Positions 9,669-19,052 of a DNA stretch of 64,000 bases are shown here, in pieces (positions within the stretch are counted from its first letter, which is position 1; the number at the start of each line of letters is the position of its first letter). The stretch covers positions 4,848 to 68,847 of IMG/VR virus record IMGVR_UViG_3300032401_000006; one strand, given 5' to 3'. The notes below the pieces were generated by a model. The model was not told where the DNA came from. It ran no database searches and saw only the letters and a list, made by a program, of their open reading frames with translations. The stretch is from a virus. The position numbers and the translations under genes are program-made.

Positions 9669-9863
9669 TCAGTTCCTTCTCATCCAAAGCGATTTATAAA
9701 TCCGCTCCATGCGTTTTATCTCCTCGACCGGTATCACCAAGATCAATCCATCCGTCTGACACCGGATGCGCAACATACCATCCGGGCGCTTCTGCTCATC
9801 AGTGATCGCCCAAGCCCAATCATGCTGTTGGACTACGGGTACTTTTTCAGATTCCATGATCAT
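9669..9863 (-). CDS. Hypothetical protein
   Basis: 64-aa ORF tightly packed in the operon. Confidence 0.5.
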   Translation of the reverse strand: MIMESEKVPVVQQHDWAWAITDEQKRPDGMLRIRCQTDGLILVIPVEEIKRMERIYKSLWMRRN

Positions 9864-10120
9864 TCTTGAATTACAGGTTCCCGTGGTGGTGTGAATTGAT
9901 CCTGCGTGTCTTTGTACAGCTGTTTCAGCGATGCCTCGGCGACCTGCAAGGCCATCCGCTTGTCGATGTTGTGGTGGCCAGCAAGGTGATTGTCTTCATA
10001 GATCTGCCGGACGTGATCAGCGCAAGTCTTGATGGTCCGTATCTCGACTTCATGCCTGACGGCGCGGATCAGCCTGCGCTGCAGCGCGTCGGTCGTTATC
10101 CAAAGTCCGAAGAGTTTCAT
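9860..10120 (-). CDS. Hypothetical protein
   Basis: 86-aa ORF with ATGA overlap to the next gene. Confidence 0.55.
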   Translation of the reverse strand: MKLFGLWITTDALQRRLIRAVRHEVEIRTIKTCADHVRQIYEDNHLAGHHNIDKRMALQVAEASLKQLYKDTQDQFTPPREPVIQE

Positions 10121-10124
10121 TTCG

Positions 10125-11732
10125 TTATTTCTTTGCCACCAGATAGATCGCTGTGTCCCGCGCCGAGCGATCGGTGGAGAACTCGTGGTGCTCCAACCTG
10201 GCGCCGAGCTTGTCCTTGTACTCGACGACGAAGCCCGTCGGAATCCGGTAGGTCTGAATCACGCCGTCGTTCTTGGTCTTGAACAGGCGGGGCTTTTCAG
10301 GTGAAGTGAAGACTTCTTCCGCGGGAGCGGTGTCGAGGATGTTCTTGTCCGTCAACTCCTGTGTAGTCACGATGACCTCACCCGTCTTGCCCGAGTTGCC
10401 CTGCGTGGAGAGGGCGGCTTCGGACATATCCGTCTCAGCTTTACCTTCGGGGATCAGTGACGCTAAATCCGCAGTAGCAGGAATTACGTCAACACCAGGA
10501 GGGAGGTAGAAGTCATCCTTGTAGAGGTCGGAGGATTCAGATTTCTTTGTGGATAGATACCATTGAAGACTCTTGTCACCCCCTTTTCCACTCGATACCG
10601 AAACCGTTCGAAGATATGAAGTACTGCTGCCAACGGCAGTTGAGTCTGGATTGGATGTTTTTATCTTAAAGTCATGATTCCAATTGCCTGTCTCTTTATC
10701 AACTGAAATTTGATGCATCCCACTAACGGTCTTACCACGATATTCCATTTGCCCCGGCTTGTCATAATAAGCCATATCCGGGCGAGCAGGAACACTGCGC
10801 TGCTTGTAGCCCGCCTCAGTCAAAGCTGGACCGCGTGCAGTATCACCTTCCTTTTTATCTCCATCACCAGAACTGCCTTCTCCTCCTCCCGATCCGCCCT
10901 GTTCGCCTGGCCTGCCTTCATGTCCGAAGTTTCCCGAGCCTGGCCCGCCCTTCATGATCAGCCCCTTGAAGACGTTCGTCTCGGGAGCGAGTCTGATGCC
11001 GGTAAACATCGAGGAGTGATCGGAAGCCTGGACGGCCGGGGCGAGATCGTGAAACGTCTGCGCCAGGGGAACAGCAGCGGGAAAGTCCCCGTGGGTCGCG
11101 CCGCACTGGGCCGAGGCTTCGGGCAGGGGCTGGTGGCCGGCAAACATCTGGTCGTGCTCGTGGAGGTCGGAGGATTCGGACTTATTTTTATTTTCAATAC
11201 GACGATTGATAACTTCCCGAACGGCACCTTCCCTGTCCGGATATTTGACACCAGTGATAGGGTTGCCATTTGGACCGTGGGCAACCCAGCCCTTCGTTCC
11301 TTTATTCTTGTCCTCCTTGAAACGGGCATATCCAGCTTTCTCACCTCCCACCTTCACCATGCGGTTGTCTTCATGCCCTTTATCGTGGTGATCAGGGTGA
11401 AGTTCATGCTCTCGAATCGGAAATAGATGTGACCATTCTCCCGCTCCTCCACCGCCGGACCCGCTTCCGGACCCACCCTGCTCGCCTGGCCGCCCCTCAT
11501 GCCCGAAGTTTCCAGACCCAGGGCCGCCCTTCGTCAAATCCTGCCTGGCCGCAATCTCGCCCTCAAACTTCTGAGCCATCTCGGTATGGTGTTTGGCCAG
11601 GCGGGTCGAGCCCAGCGCCAGATACCTGTCCGCTCGCTGGCGGTGGAAGACCAGCTTCTCCTCGGCAGATCCCTCCTCGACGTCGACTTTGCCCTCGGGC
11701 TCCTCTTCCTGCTTCTTCAGTTCGGTCACCAT
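10125..11732 (-). CDS. Putative internal head polyprotein with two tagged cargo cassettes
   Basis: 535 aa, RBS AAGGAG; two copies of KGGPGSGNFGHEGRPGEQGGSG and two of KSESSDL bracket unrelated domains. Confidence 0.8.
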   Translation of the reverse strand: MVTELKKQEEEPEGKVDVEEGSAEEKLVFHRQRADRYLALGSTRLAKHHTEMAQKFEGEIAARQDLTKGGPGSGNFGHEGRPGEQGGSGSGSGGGGAGEWSHLFPIREHELHPDHHDKGHEDNRMVKVGGEKAGYARFKEDKNKGTKGWVAHGPNGNPITGVKYPDREGAVREVINRRIENKNKSESSDLHEHDQMFAGHQPLPEASAQCGATHGDFPAAVPLAQTFHDLAPAVQASDHSSMFTGIRLAPETNVFKGLIMKGGPGSGNFGHEGRPGEQGGSGGGEGSSGDGDKKEGDTARGPALTEAGYKQRSVPARPDMAYYDKPGQMEYRGKTVSGMHQISVDKETGNWNHDFKIKTSNPDSTAVGSSTSYLRTVSVSSGKGGDKSLQWYLSTKKSESSDLYKDDFYLPPGVDVIPATADLASLIPEGKAETDMSEAALSTQGNSGKTGEVIVTTQELTDKNILDTAPAEEVFTSPEKPRLFKTKNDGVIQTYRIPTGFVVEYKDKLGARLEHHEFSTDRSARDTAIYLVAKK

Positions 11733-11763
11733 GACGACTCCTTTCTCAATTCAGTGAGATCTT

Positions 11764-12324
11764 TCATCTTGTTTGCCTTGCCTCCAGGATTTCCTTCAGC
11801 CGAAGTCGTGCTTCCAAGAGCAGTTGACTCACCCAGCTGTTGCACACCCCCAAAACACGGGCGATCTCGTGCATGGGCATGTCGTCGAAATAATACATCG
11901 TGACGACCCTGCGCAGAAGCCGAGGCAAACGAGCGACGGCAGCGCGCAGATCTATTTGCAGTTCGATCTGGTGAGCCGACGAGGCGACCGGGAGATCAAC
12001 GGTGTGGTCCGAATCGTCGAGATGGATGAACGACGGGGATCGATCAATCCCAGCCCTGACTCGCTTTCGATGATTGCGTTCGAGCACGTCTGTCCTTCGA
12101 GCACCATCCAGGATGGATCCCGATACGCGACGGTTGGCGAAGGACGCGAACTTGGTCCCTCGCCGCGGATCAAACTTCACCAAAGCTTGCAACATCCCCA
12201 CCATCCCGTCTTGCCGGATGTCGTCGAGTTCAACGTGAGACTTGCCGCGAACGTACATGCGGGAGACGATGGCGACCTCCCGCATCCCCTCCTCGATGCA
12301 ATGCTCGCGTTGGGAATCAGTCAC
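11764..12324 (-). CDS. Sigma-70 family sigma factor (FliA/WhiG-like), probable late sigma
   Basis: DDIRQDGMVGMLQALVKFDPRRGTKFASFANRRVSGSILD (region 2); PMHEIARVLGVCNSWVSQL (region 4 HTH). Confidence 0.9.
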   Translation of the reverse strand: MTDSQREHCIEEGMREVAIVSRMYVRGKSHVELDDIRQDGMVGMLQALVKFDPRRGTKFASFANRRVSGSILDGARRTDVLERNHRKRVRAGIDRSPSFIHLDDSDHTVDLPVASSAHQIELQIDLRAAVARLPRLLRRVVTMYYFDDMPMHEIARVLGVCNSWVSQLLLEARLRLKEILEARQTR

Positions 12325-12769
12325 GTCGATGCTCCGTCATGTCCCGCGTCAGGTTGATCAACTCCTGCAGCAGGCACTTCACGTGGTGGGCGTCCCAATC
12401 CTTGAACGGCGTTCCTGGCTCCACGATCCTGGTCGTGTGCACGCCGCCGTCAGGCAACTCGTTCAACTCGATCGTGATCCGACGGTGTGCACATCCAGCA
12501 GAAGAATCTTCCACCGCCGTCGGTTGAGCACTGCAATCGACGGCGACGACATCCGCAGGTTCCCGCTCGGGCCAGTGCCAGGTCCCGACCGCGTCTCCAA
12601 AGCGAACGCCTGACTGGCTGTGATGACTGTGTATACTGCCATGATGATAAGGAAAAAATTCGACCAGCTCGATCTCTTCTTGATTGTCGTGGATGGCGGT
12701 CACTACCGCAGCCAGACAAACACCGCTCTCTCCTTTGAAATGCACGATCCTGCCGATGGTGGGTTTCAC
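12317..12769 (-). CDS. Hypothetical phage protein
   Basis: KPTIGRIVHF..AAVVT..GTWHWPER, a pattern typical of small phage proteins. Confidence 0.65.
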   Translation of the reverse strand: MKPTIGRIVHFKGESGVCLAAVVTAIHDNQEEIELVEFFPYHHGSIHSHHSQSGVRFGDAVGTWHWPEREPADVVAVDCSAQPTAVEDSSAGCAHRRITIELNELPDGGVHTTRIVEPGTPFKDWDAHHVKCLLQELINLTRDMTEHRRD

Positions 12770-13008
12770 GATTCTTCCTCCTGCAAGCGTATCAGGTTGC
12801 CACGGGGACCGACCTTGTAGGTCCGGCCGGTCGGGAATTCTATCCTGTCTCCTGGCTTGGATTTGCGGGGCGTGCCAGAGATAGGGAGCATTGCCTTGAA
12901 GAGCTGCTCCGGCGACATCTGATCAACAGACTTCTCTGCTTTTTCGATTTCGTGAAGCTCCTTCAACAACAGGTTCTTGTCTTCGATCGATCTTCCGAGG
13001 CGGGTCAT
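12766..13008 (-). CDS. Hypothetical protein
   Basis: 80-aa ORF overlapping both neighbours. Confidence 0.55.
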   Translation of the reverse strand: MTRLGRSIEDKNLLLKELHEIEKAEKSVDQMSPEQLFKAMLPISGTPRKSKPGDRIEFPTGRTYKVGPRGNLIRLQEEES

Positions 13009-13463
13009 ACTGTTCCATCCTCCATCTGCTGCAAGAGTCCTTTGAGGGCACCCTGCATCCGTTCATAGTGATCTGCCGGCCACATGTGATATGGATTGTC
13101 AGGCTCGAAGAAAGTCTCAATCATCATTTGAGAAGGCCCCTGCTTGGTCAATGTCAGTGTGATTTGACACTGAGCATCACCGAAGACCGCCTTGTCGATG
13201 GGTGTGTTCGTATCTACTTCAGGGATCTTCACGCTGCCAGTGGGTGGATCCGTGCGCAGTGTGGCCCGCGCGCTGTTCTCTGTCTTGGGCGTGTCAGGAT
13301 CGCAGACGTGAGGGTGCCACTCGGTATTCGGATAAATCGGACCATCGGGATAATCGAATGCGTTTCCACCGTTCTCCAAGGCCATCTTGCAGATCATTCG
13401 CCCACACCGCTCACAGGCATGGGGCCCGTAGTAAATGATTCGTGAACTTCTGAATGTCATCAT
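13005..13463 (-). CDS. Hypothetical protein with CxxC/HxC zinc-binding motif
   Basis: ACERCG..PHVC; RBS AAGGAG. Confidence 0.6.
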   Translation of the reverse strand: MMTFRSSRIIYYGPHACERCGRMICKMALENGGNAFDYPDGPIYPNTEWHPHVCDPDTPKTENSARATLRTDPPTGSVKIPEVDTNTPIDKAVFGDAQCQITLTLTKQGPSQMMIETFFEPDNPYHMWPADHYERMQGALKGLLQQMEDGTV

Positions 13464-14309
13464 CTCAGTTTCTCCTTTTCCAGCGTAAGTAAAGAAATCA
13501 ATTTCACTTCAATCCTCACCATCCGGCCCGAACGAAAACGAATCCGATGGGCTCATGCTCGGGCTGAACGAAAGTCCGTCCTCGTCGATGGGCGGGTCAA
13601 CCTGCGTACTCACCGGAGAGATGGTGGTCGCGGCCTTCAAGCCAATCTTTACCCCCGACCGCGATACCTGCTACTGTTCCGATAAACCCATGTCTTCCTA
13701 ACTTCATGTTCTTCATATCAGCTCCTCATATGATCTATTTCACCGTTTCACCGTCACGGCCGCTCACCGGAGAGCAAATCATGGAAGGTCAAAGTGCAAA
13801 CCACAGAGAACGACTCAACAACAAAGAACAAAGCAACAACAAGATGTGCAAAGGTGTATACAGCAGCATCAAAGACGCAAAGCAGACTCACTCCGATGCA
13901 TTTCATCAACTTCATCACGTGTGACAGAACCAAAGTCCGTTTGTCGCCCTCGAACATCATGCTGCAGAGTCGAGACACGTGCTTCCCTGCACCGCGCCAT
14001 ATGTATGACAGAACGAGGGTTCATTTGACACCACCAAACCTTCGGACCCAAGGACTGCTATACCGAATCGGTGGCTGGTTATAGGCAGCAGGGGGGTGAG
14101 GTGTCGCGTCACAGGTCACCAGACTCTGCCTGGTGGAGGTGTGTGTGCGACAGAACGGACTGTGGTCACACACTGTATACAGTCCGTGGCTGACTGCAAC
14201 GCGGGCGAGACGTATAAACCCACGGACTATCTCCCAACAACCGCACCCAGGCGAGCCTCCAAGAGTTGTTGGGTGTATGACAGCCCCCTGAATACACGTG
14301 TTCTTCGTT

Positions 14310-15665
14310 TTAGGCACTGATTTGCTCCCTTGCCTGCTCTTTGCCCATGCGCTCAGCTCTCTGACTGTAGTAGTCCAGAAAGCCCGAGCACGCGTTCTCT
14401 ATGAGCAGGTGCGTCGCCAAGTACACGAGTGCATCCATTCTGTTCGGAGATGGCTGCCCTGGCACCCACAGACACTGCTCGTCCTCCAGTTCGGGGAACG
14501 AGCCCACGTGGTGCATCTTGCCGTTCTCATAGAGTGCACTGACCGGATCTGCCCTGACTTGTTTGCCCCTGCTGGCATGCACCAGCGTGACTGGCACGTT
14601 GCCGTCGACTATGTGTATCGTGGTCTCGACCATCTCGCCGCCTTGATTGCTCTCCGCCACGATGAAGTCCGCCTTGTGTCGTTTGAAGACGTGCACGGCC
14701 TTGGTGGCCCAATCAAGCGGACTGCCCTGCATGGACGCGTCCTCCACCAAGTACCCGTGATCGGCCGTCTTGCCACCGCACATGATGCCGGCCTCGTTTC
14801 CACCCGACGTGGTGGAAGGGTCTATGGCCACCGCCACGCGGTCGAACTCAGGCGGTGCGACGGGCAATCTGTATCTTTCTATTATGTCGCGTGTCCAGAG
14901 CGCTCCCGGTGCCTCGGTCACGTCTTCGGCGTCGAGCTCCATGCGCTTTGCTATCGACGTCATGTCTTTGGATATCTCTTTGAGTGCTTCCGCACTGATG
15001 TAGCCATTTTCGCTCGACTTCCAGTGAAACGCCCTCCATCTGCTTTCTCGCCCTTCGGTCGACGCTCTGAGCTCTTCTTGTTTCGCAGCAGCAAACATCT
15101 TGGCAGCGTGTTGTGGGTCTCTCGCCTTGCTCGTGAACTTTCGTCTCGTCCACAGACTGGGTGGAGTGTAGATGAAGACTGCATCACCGTTCGTGTCCAG
15201 GAGCATCGGAGCGCCCACCAACTCCCACGCGTCCTCGCACATCAACTGCCACTCGTCCAGTATGAGCAAGTCCGCGAAATCGCCCCTCAACGTGTCCGCG
15301 TTCCACGCAGTCTTCGCCCTGATGCGCTGCAGTGTTCCAGGGCGCTCTATCGTGTGCTCGGATTCGTTCTTCTTGAACACGCCCGCGTCTATCAGTGGCA
15401 GCAGTATCGACGTGACCCTGAACCAGAAGGCCTCGACTTGCTCTTGAGTGGGCGCCGCGTACAGAACTCTGTTGAACTTCGGCTGCAGGAAGCGCTTCAC
15501 GGCTTTCTCCGACACACCTCTCGTCTTGCCGCCCCGTCTGCCTGCCCTGACCACCGTTCGCTTGGCCGTGCAGTCTATGAAGAGCTTCTGTTGCGGGTTC
15601 AGCGCGCAATCACTGAGCTCCACCTTGTACTTGCGCTCTTGCTGCGTGTTGTAGCCTCTGCGCAC
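14310..15665 (-). CDS. terL: Terminase large subunit
   Basis: Walker A AGRRGGKT, Walker B LILDE, nuclease VAIDPS..SPNRMDALV. Confidence 0.95.
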   Translation of the reverse strand: MRRGYNTQQERKYKVELSDCALNPQQKLFIDCTAKRTVVRAGRRGGKTRGVSEKAVKRFLQPKFNRVLYAAPTQEQVEAFWFRVTSILLPLIDAGVFKKNESEHTIERPGTLQRIRAKTAWNADTLRGDFADLLILDEWQLMCEDAWELVGAPMLLDTNGDAVFIYTPPSLWTRRKFTSKARDPQHAAKMFAAAKQEELRASTEGRESRWRAFHWKSSENGYISAEALKEISKDMTSIAKRMELDAEDVTEAPGALWTRDIIERYRLPVAPPEFDRVAVAIDPSTTSGGNEAGIMCGGKTADHGYLVEDASMQGSPLDWATKAVHVFKRHKADFIVAESNQGGEMVETTIHIVDGNVPVTLVHASRGKQVRADPVSALYENGKMHHVGSFPELEDEQCLWVPGQPSPNRMDALVYLATHLLIENACSGFLDYYSQRAERMGKEQAREQISA

Positions 15666-15848
15666 CTTGTTCTGCTCTCCCTCTTTATGAGTGCTCTGCT
15701 TGGTTGAGTATATGACTACGGTGTATGGATAGATGACGGCTTCTGCTGTGTGGATGTGTGGCTGGTGTCGGGTGAAATACCTCTGTCTGACTTGAGTGTC
15801 TCTTTTGGTGTCTCTGATCGGCTGGTCATACGTATGGCGCGAATGATG

Positions 15849-16655
15849 TCAACGTGACCGATGGCCCTGCCCAATGATTGAGGAGGCATTGGTGGTTGTA
15901 GGAGCGGCACCAAGCCCCACTCCACCATCTTGTCTCACTCCTCTCTGGTGATCTTTGTTGCTTCGTCTACGATGATCGTTTCCCTCACTCTTCTTGAAAT
16001 ACGCGCTCTTGACCGCCGCCCTCACTGCCTTCTCGAACTCGGCTGGATGCTTGTCCACCGAATCTTTCATCGGACCTGAAAGATTGGCCGAGTACAGCAA
16101 CTTGCCGGAGCGCCCCAAAGATTCCACCGTGGCGTGATCCACCATGTGCTCCAGATCATCCTGAAGGACCTTCCCGTCGTCTCTGTCCCTCAGCAGCGAC
16201 TCCCTTGCGTTCTTGTACGCGCGGTCGTATTGCTCTCCCATCTGCTTGGCGTTGAACTTCCCGCCCCTCTCCGCCAGAAACGAGGCCCCGTGATGAGACA
16301 CCGCCTCGATGGACTTGACCCCGGGGTGCTCCGCCAGATACCGCACGTCGCCACCAGAGAGTGATCGGCCCGCCGGGTGGTTGTGGACCACGGACAATTG
16401 ATTTGTGGGATCCTTCATCTTTGCTTCCACTTCTTGCGAGACGGTGGCTCCAAAGAAGTGGCCTTTTTGATCACCCACCACGCCACCATGCTGATCCAGC
16501 ACGATCACGCGCTCGTTGCCTGTCTCTTTTCCGTGCGCAACAACCGTGCTTCTTGCACTCTCCACTCCCGCGGTGTACTGATTCCCGCGGAACTCGTGCC
16601 CCTCGACGTCGCCTTTGACTATGGCTGGCCAGGACGTTGGATTCCAGTTGTTCAT
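15849..16655 (-). CDS. Tagged JAB/MPN-like metalloenzyme
   Basis: IVK-GDVEGHEFRGNQYT tag; E..HNHPAGRSLSGGD metal motif. Confidence 0.7.
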   Translation of the reverse strand: MNNWNPTSWPAIVKGDVEGHEFRGNQYTAGVESARSTVVAHGKETGNERVIVLDQHGGVVGDQKGHFFGATVSQEVEAKMKDPTNQLSVVHNHPAGRSLSGGDVRYLAEHPGVKSIEAVSHHGASFLAERGGKFNAKQMGEQYDRAYKNARESLLRDRDDGKVLQDDLEHMVDHATVESLGRSGKLLYSANLSGPMKDSVDKHPAEFEKAVRAAVKSAYFKKSEGNDHRRRSNKDHQRGVRQDGGVGLGAAPTTTNASSIIGQGHRSR

Positions 16656-16921
16656 TCTGACAGGCCCTTCGGTGCGTCGCGTATTTGATAATCCTGTTTG
16701 TCGATGTCGATCACTCCCAAGGCCTTTTTCATTGCTGCTGTCTTGCCTGCACCGCGCCCGCTGGGTAAGATGATGTTGATCACGGTCCTGTTGGTGCGGT
16801 CAATTTTGCCGAGCAGCGCGTCGCCCATCCTCCTCGTCTCCATGATCGAGTCTGCGGTGGGCTCGGACCACACCCCGCAGATCCCCTCCTCGGTCAGGTC
16901 CGTCATGCGATCTCTGCTCAT
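16652..16921 (-). CDS. Hypothetical protein with isolated Walker-A-like segment
   Basis: 89 aa, SGRGAGKT. Confidence 0.45.
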   Translation of the reverse strand: MSRDRMTDLTEEGICGVWSEPTADSIMETRRMGDALLGKIDRTNRTVINIILPSGRGAGKTAAMKKALGVIDIDKQDYQIRDAPKGLSE

Positions 16922-17146
16922 GATCCTACGCGAACCCCCTCCTTATCGACCCTCCCACCACGCACACGACGGACAGCGTGGTGTGGTTGTGCGGTGGCTC
17001 GGCCAGACCCTCGTGGTAGGTCTCTTTGGACTCCTCGACGATCTTGAGGCACTCACGACAGTATCTGGCCGGCTGGTCCCGCCTGAAGCCGCGCATCTCC
17101 GCCACCCTGAAGTGCCCAGGCCTGCGGCACATCGAGCACCTCGGCG

Positions 17147-17782
17147 TCAATTCCCACCTCCCGTGTCCTTGTAGACGATGTTGATCTCGACCGGCCCGCC
17201 TGCTCCAGGCAGAAAGACGTTCTCTCTGAACTTCTCCGGTCTGTTGCCCTTCAGCAGGAATATGAGCAGCGTGTCCGAGAACTCCCGCGTGAAGCCGCAC
17301 ACCTTGCCTTGATGATACTGGGGCTTCATCGTGCCTTCGGTCGCCCTCCGCCACGCCTCTTTTTCAAGATAGTCGCACGCTGCCTCTTTGGCATCGTTCT
17401 CGAAGATGGCCTTGAACTCGAGATCATTGATGGCCCAGCCACGCGCCGTGTTGCGGGTCACACCGGACATCTTGCACGCGAACGTCATGTTGCCCGTGCG
17501 TCCGTAGATGGCCAGGAAGGCACGCTTGCCCGGGTGCTTGATCTTGCCGAGCCAGGGAAACTCGACCTTCGGAGAGGTGTTGCCCTCGGCCTCCATCGCT
17601 TTGATCAAGACCTCGTTGATGCGGCGTTGTCGTTCGGCGTTCAGTGCGAAGGCTTCGTTCAGATCGAGGGGACCACCGTTCTTGCCACTGTCCTTTCCAT
17701 TTCCATTGTGCCCGTTGCCGTTCTTGGGCACCGTGGCCACGGCGGTCTTCGGCTCGAGATCGAACGGGTACTTTTTTCTCAC
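17147..17782 (-). CDS. terS: Terminase small subunit
   Basis: N-terminal HTH, LEKEAWRRATEG, FSDTLLIFLLKGNRPEKFRE; upstream of terL. Confidence 0.85.
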   Translation of the reverse strand: MRKKYPFDLEPKTAVATVPKNGNGHNGNGKDSGKNGGPLDLNEAFALNAERQRRINEVLIKAMEAEGNTSPKVEFPWLGKIKHPGKRAFLAIYGRTGNMTFACKMSGVTRNTARGWAINDLEFKAIFENDAKEAACDYLEKEAWRRATEGTMKPQYHQGKVCGFTREFSDTLLIFLLKGNRPEKFRENVFLPGAGGPVEINIVYKDTGGGN

Positions 17783-18294
17783 CTGTATTTCCTCTTGGCG
17801 GTCAACTCTCTGACCAGCTTGTCACTGAGTCGGGGATCTACGTTTCTGTTGCGGGTTCCTTGCTGCGGAAGTGGTGTGTCGTCGTCTGGTTGATGCTGCT
17901 CTCGACACGTCTTGCAGGTGCACTTGCACTCGGCCGGGCCAGAGAGATCCGGCCCCAACACTAGCATTATGTTGCGACCCTCTTTGTCTATCAGCAACGC
18001 GTGTTGCTCGTAGTCATCGAATATCAAGAGGATGATGGGAAGCAACGTGGCTTTGTTGTCCATGAGGCATCCGGCGTGATTGAGAACCGGGAACACGAAC
18101 TGTGGCACCCTGATCTCGCGCCCCGTGTCCCATATTTTCAATGGGTGACCCCAAAGCAGTTTGGTTTCTGATTTGATCTCGATCATAGCAAAAGCTGAGC
18201 ACCTTCGATTTTTGAGAGTTTGAAAAGGTTTTCTCTCTTCCTCGTGATCGTCCTGTACTTCAGACAAAAAGCTGTCGATGCTTTTGTTCATCAA
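17779..18294 (-). CDS. Hypothetical protein
   Basis: 171-aa ORF overlapping the terS start. Confidence 0.55.
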   Translation of the reverse strand: MMNKSIDSFLSEVQDDHEEERKPFQTLKNRRCSAFAMIEIKSETKLLWGHPLKIWDTGREIRVPQFVFPVLNHAGCLMDNKATLLPIILLIFDDYEQHALLIDKEGRNIMLVLGPDLSGPAECKCTCKTCREQHQPDDDTPLPQQGTRNRNVDPRLSDKLVRELTAKRKYR

Positions 18295-18439
18295 AAGGAA
18301 GTCGTGTTGTTCGACGTGATCTCATCAGTATCTCATGCTTTCACCAGCCTTGTGCGACACAGTCTCGAACAAGTGCAAAAAGTCGGTAATAACTATAAAC
18401 CCTCGGTCGACTACAAGTAAAGCGCTTTTAATAATTCAA

Positions 18440-18688
18440 CTATTCACTTTTGAGCTTACCATTGTGAATTACGATGAATTCAGCCTCGGCATCGTCCGCC
18501 TTGCGGCGCAAACTTGCAGCCAACTCCCTGGCCTGATTCGGCGAGAAGATAATGTGTCCATCTCCACTCTCGTCAACCAACATGGCTGGATGATTGAAAA
18601 CAACTTCACCCTTTCCGTTGGTCCCTATTTCAACGTGCCCACCGATTCTGTCTGCCATTTTATTATCACTCTCCTGAACCTTTTCCAC
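18440..18688 (-). CDS. Hypothetical protein
   Basis: 82-aa ORF. Confidence 0.55.
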   Translation of the reverse strand: MEKVQESDNKMADRIGGHVEIGTNGKGEVVFNHPAMLVDESGDGHIIFSPNQARELAASLRRKADDAEAEFIVIHNGKLKSE

Positions 18689-19016
18689 AATTCAAACAAG
18701 TCCAAGCTCCGCCCTCTTCATTCTTGCACATCTCTCCTCCGCAGCCAGCGCAGGATGGCGGATCAAGTTCTGGCTGCGAAGCATCGTATTCAGGCATGAA
18801 CTTGCTGGGATCGGCGAACAGTCCAATCATTCTTTGAACATCCATCGGACTGAGACGGATCGCTTTTGACTTCCACTCCTCGATGACACTTTTGCGAGTC
18901 ATCTTTTCGATCTGAACCCAACCATCATTGTGGATGATGACTCTGGCCACACACTTTGGATTGTCTTGAATCGTCCGCATGGCAACAATGGCGTATGCAT
19001 TATTTTCAGGCAACAT
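18666..19016 (-). CDS. Hypothetical protein with C-terminal zinc ribbon
   Basis: CAGCG..WTCLNCG. Confidence 0.6.
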   Translation of the reverse strand: MLPENNAYAIVAMRTIQDNPKCVARVIIHNDGWVQIEKMTRKSVIEEWKSKAIRLSPMDVQRMIGLFADPSKFMPEYDASQPELDPPSCAGCGGEMCKNEEGGAWTCLNCGKGSGE

Positions 19017-19052
19017 AGATTTCCCCCCCTATAAAAATATCGCACTTGCTGT

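Noticed and set aside
10519-11540. Diversity-generating retroelement template/variable repeats
   Set aside because: Differences between the copies are synonymous and not adenine-specific; no reverse transcriptase in the window.
13464-14310. ncRNA or clear genes downstream of terL
   Set aside because: Only short ambiguous ORFs and weak stems; neither call can be supported.
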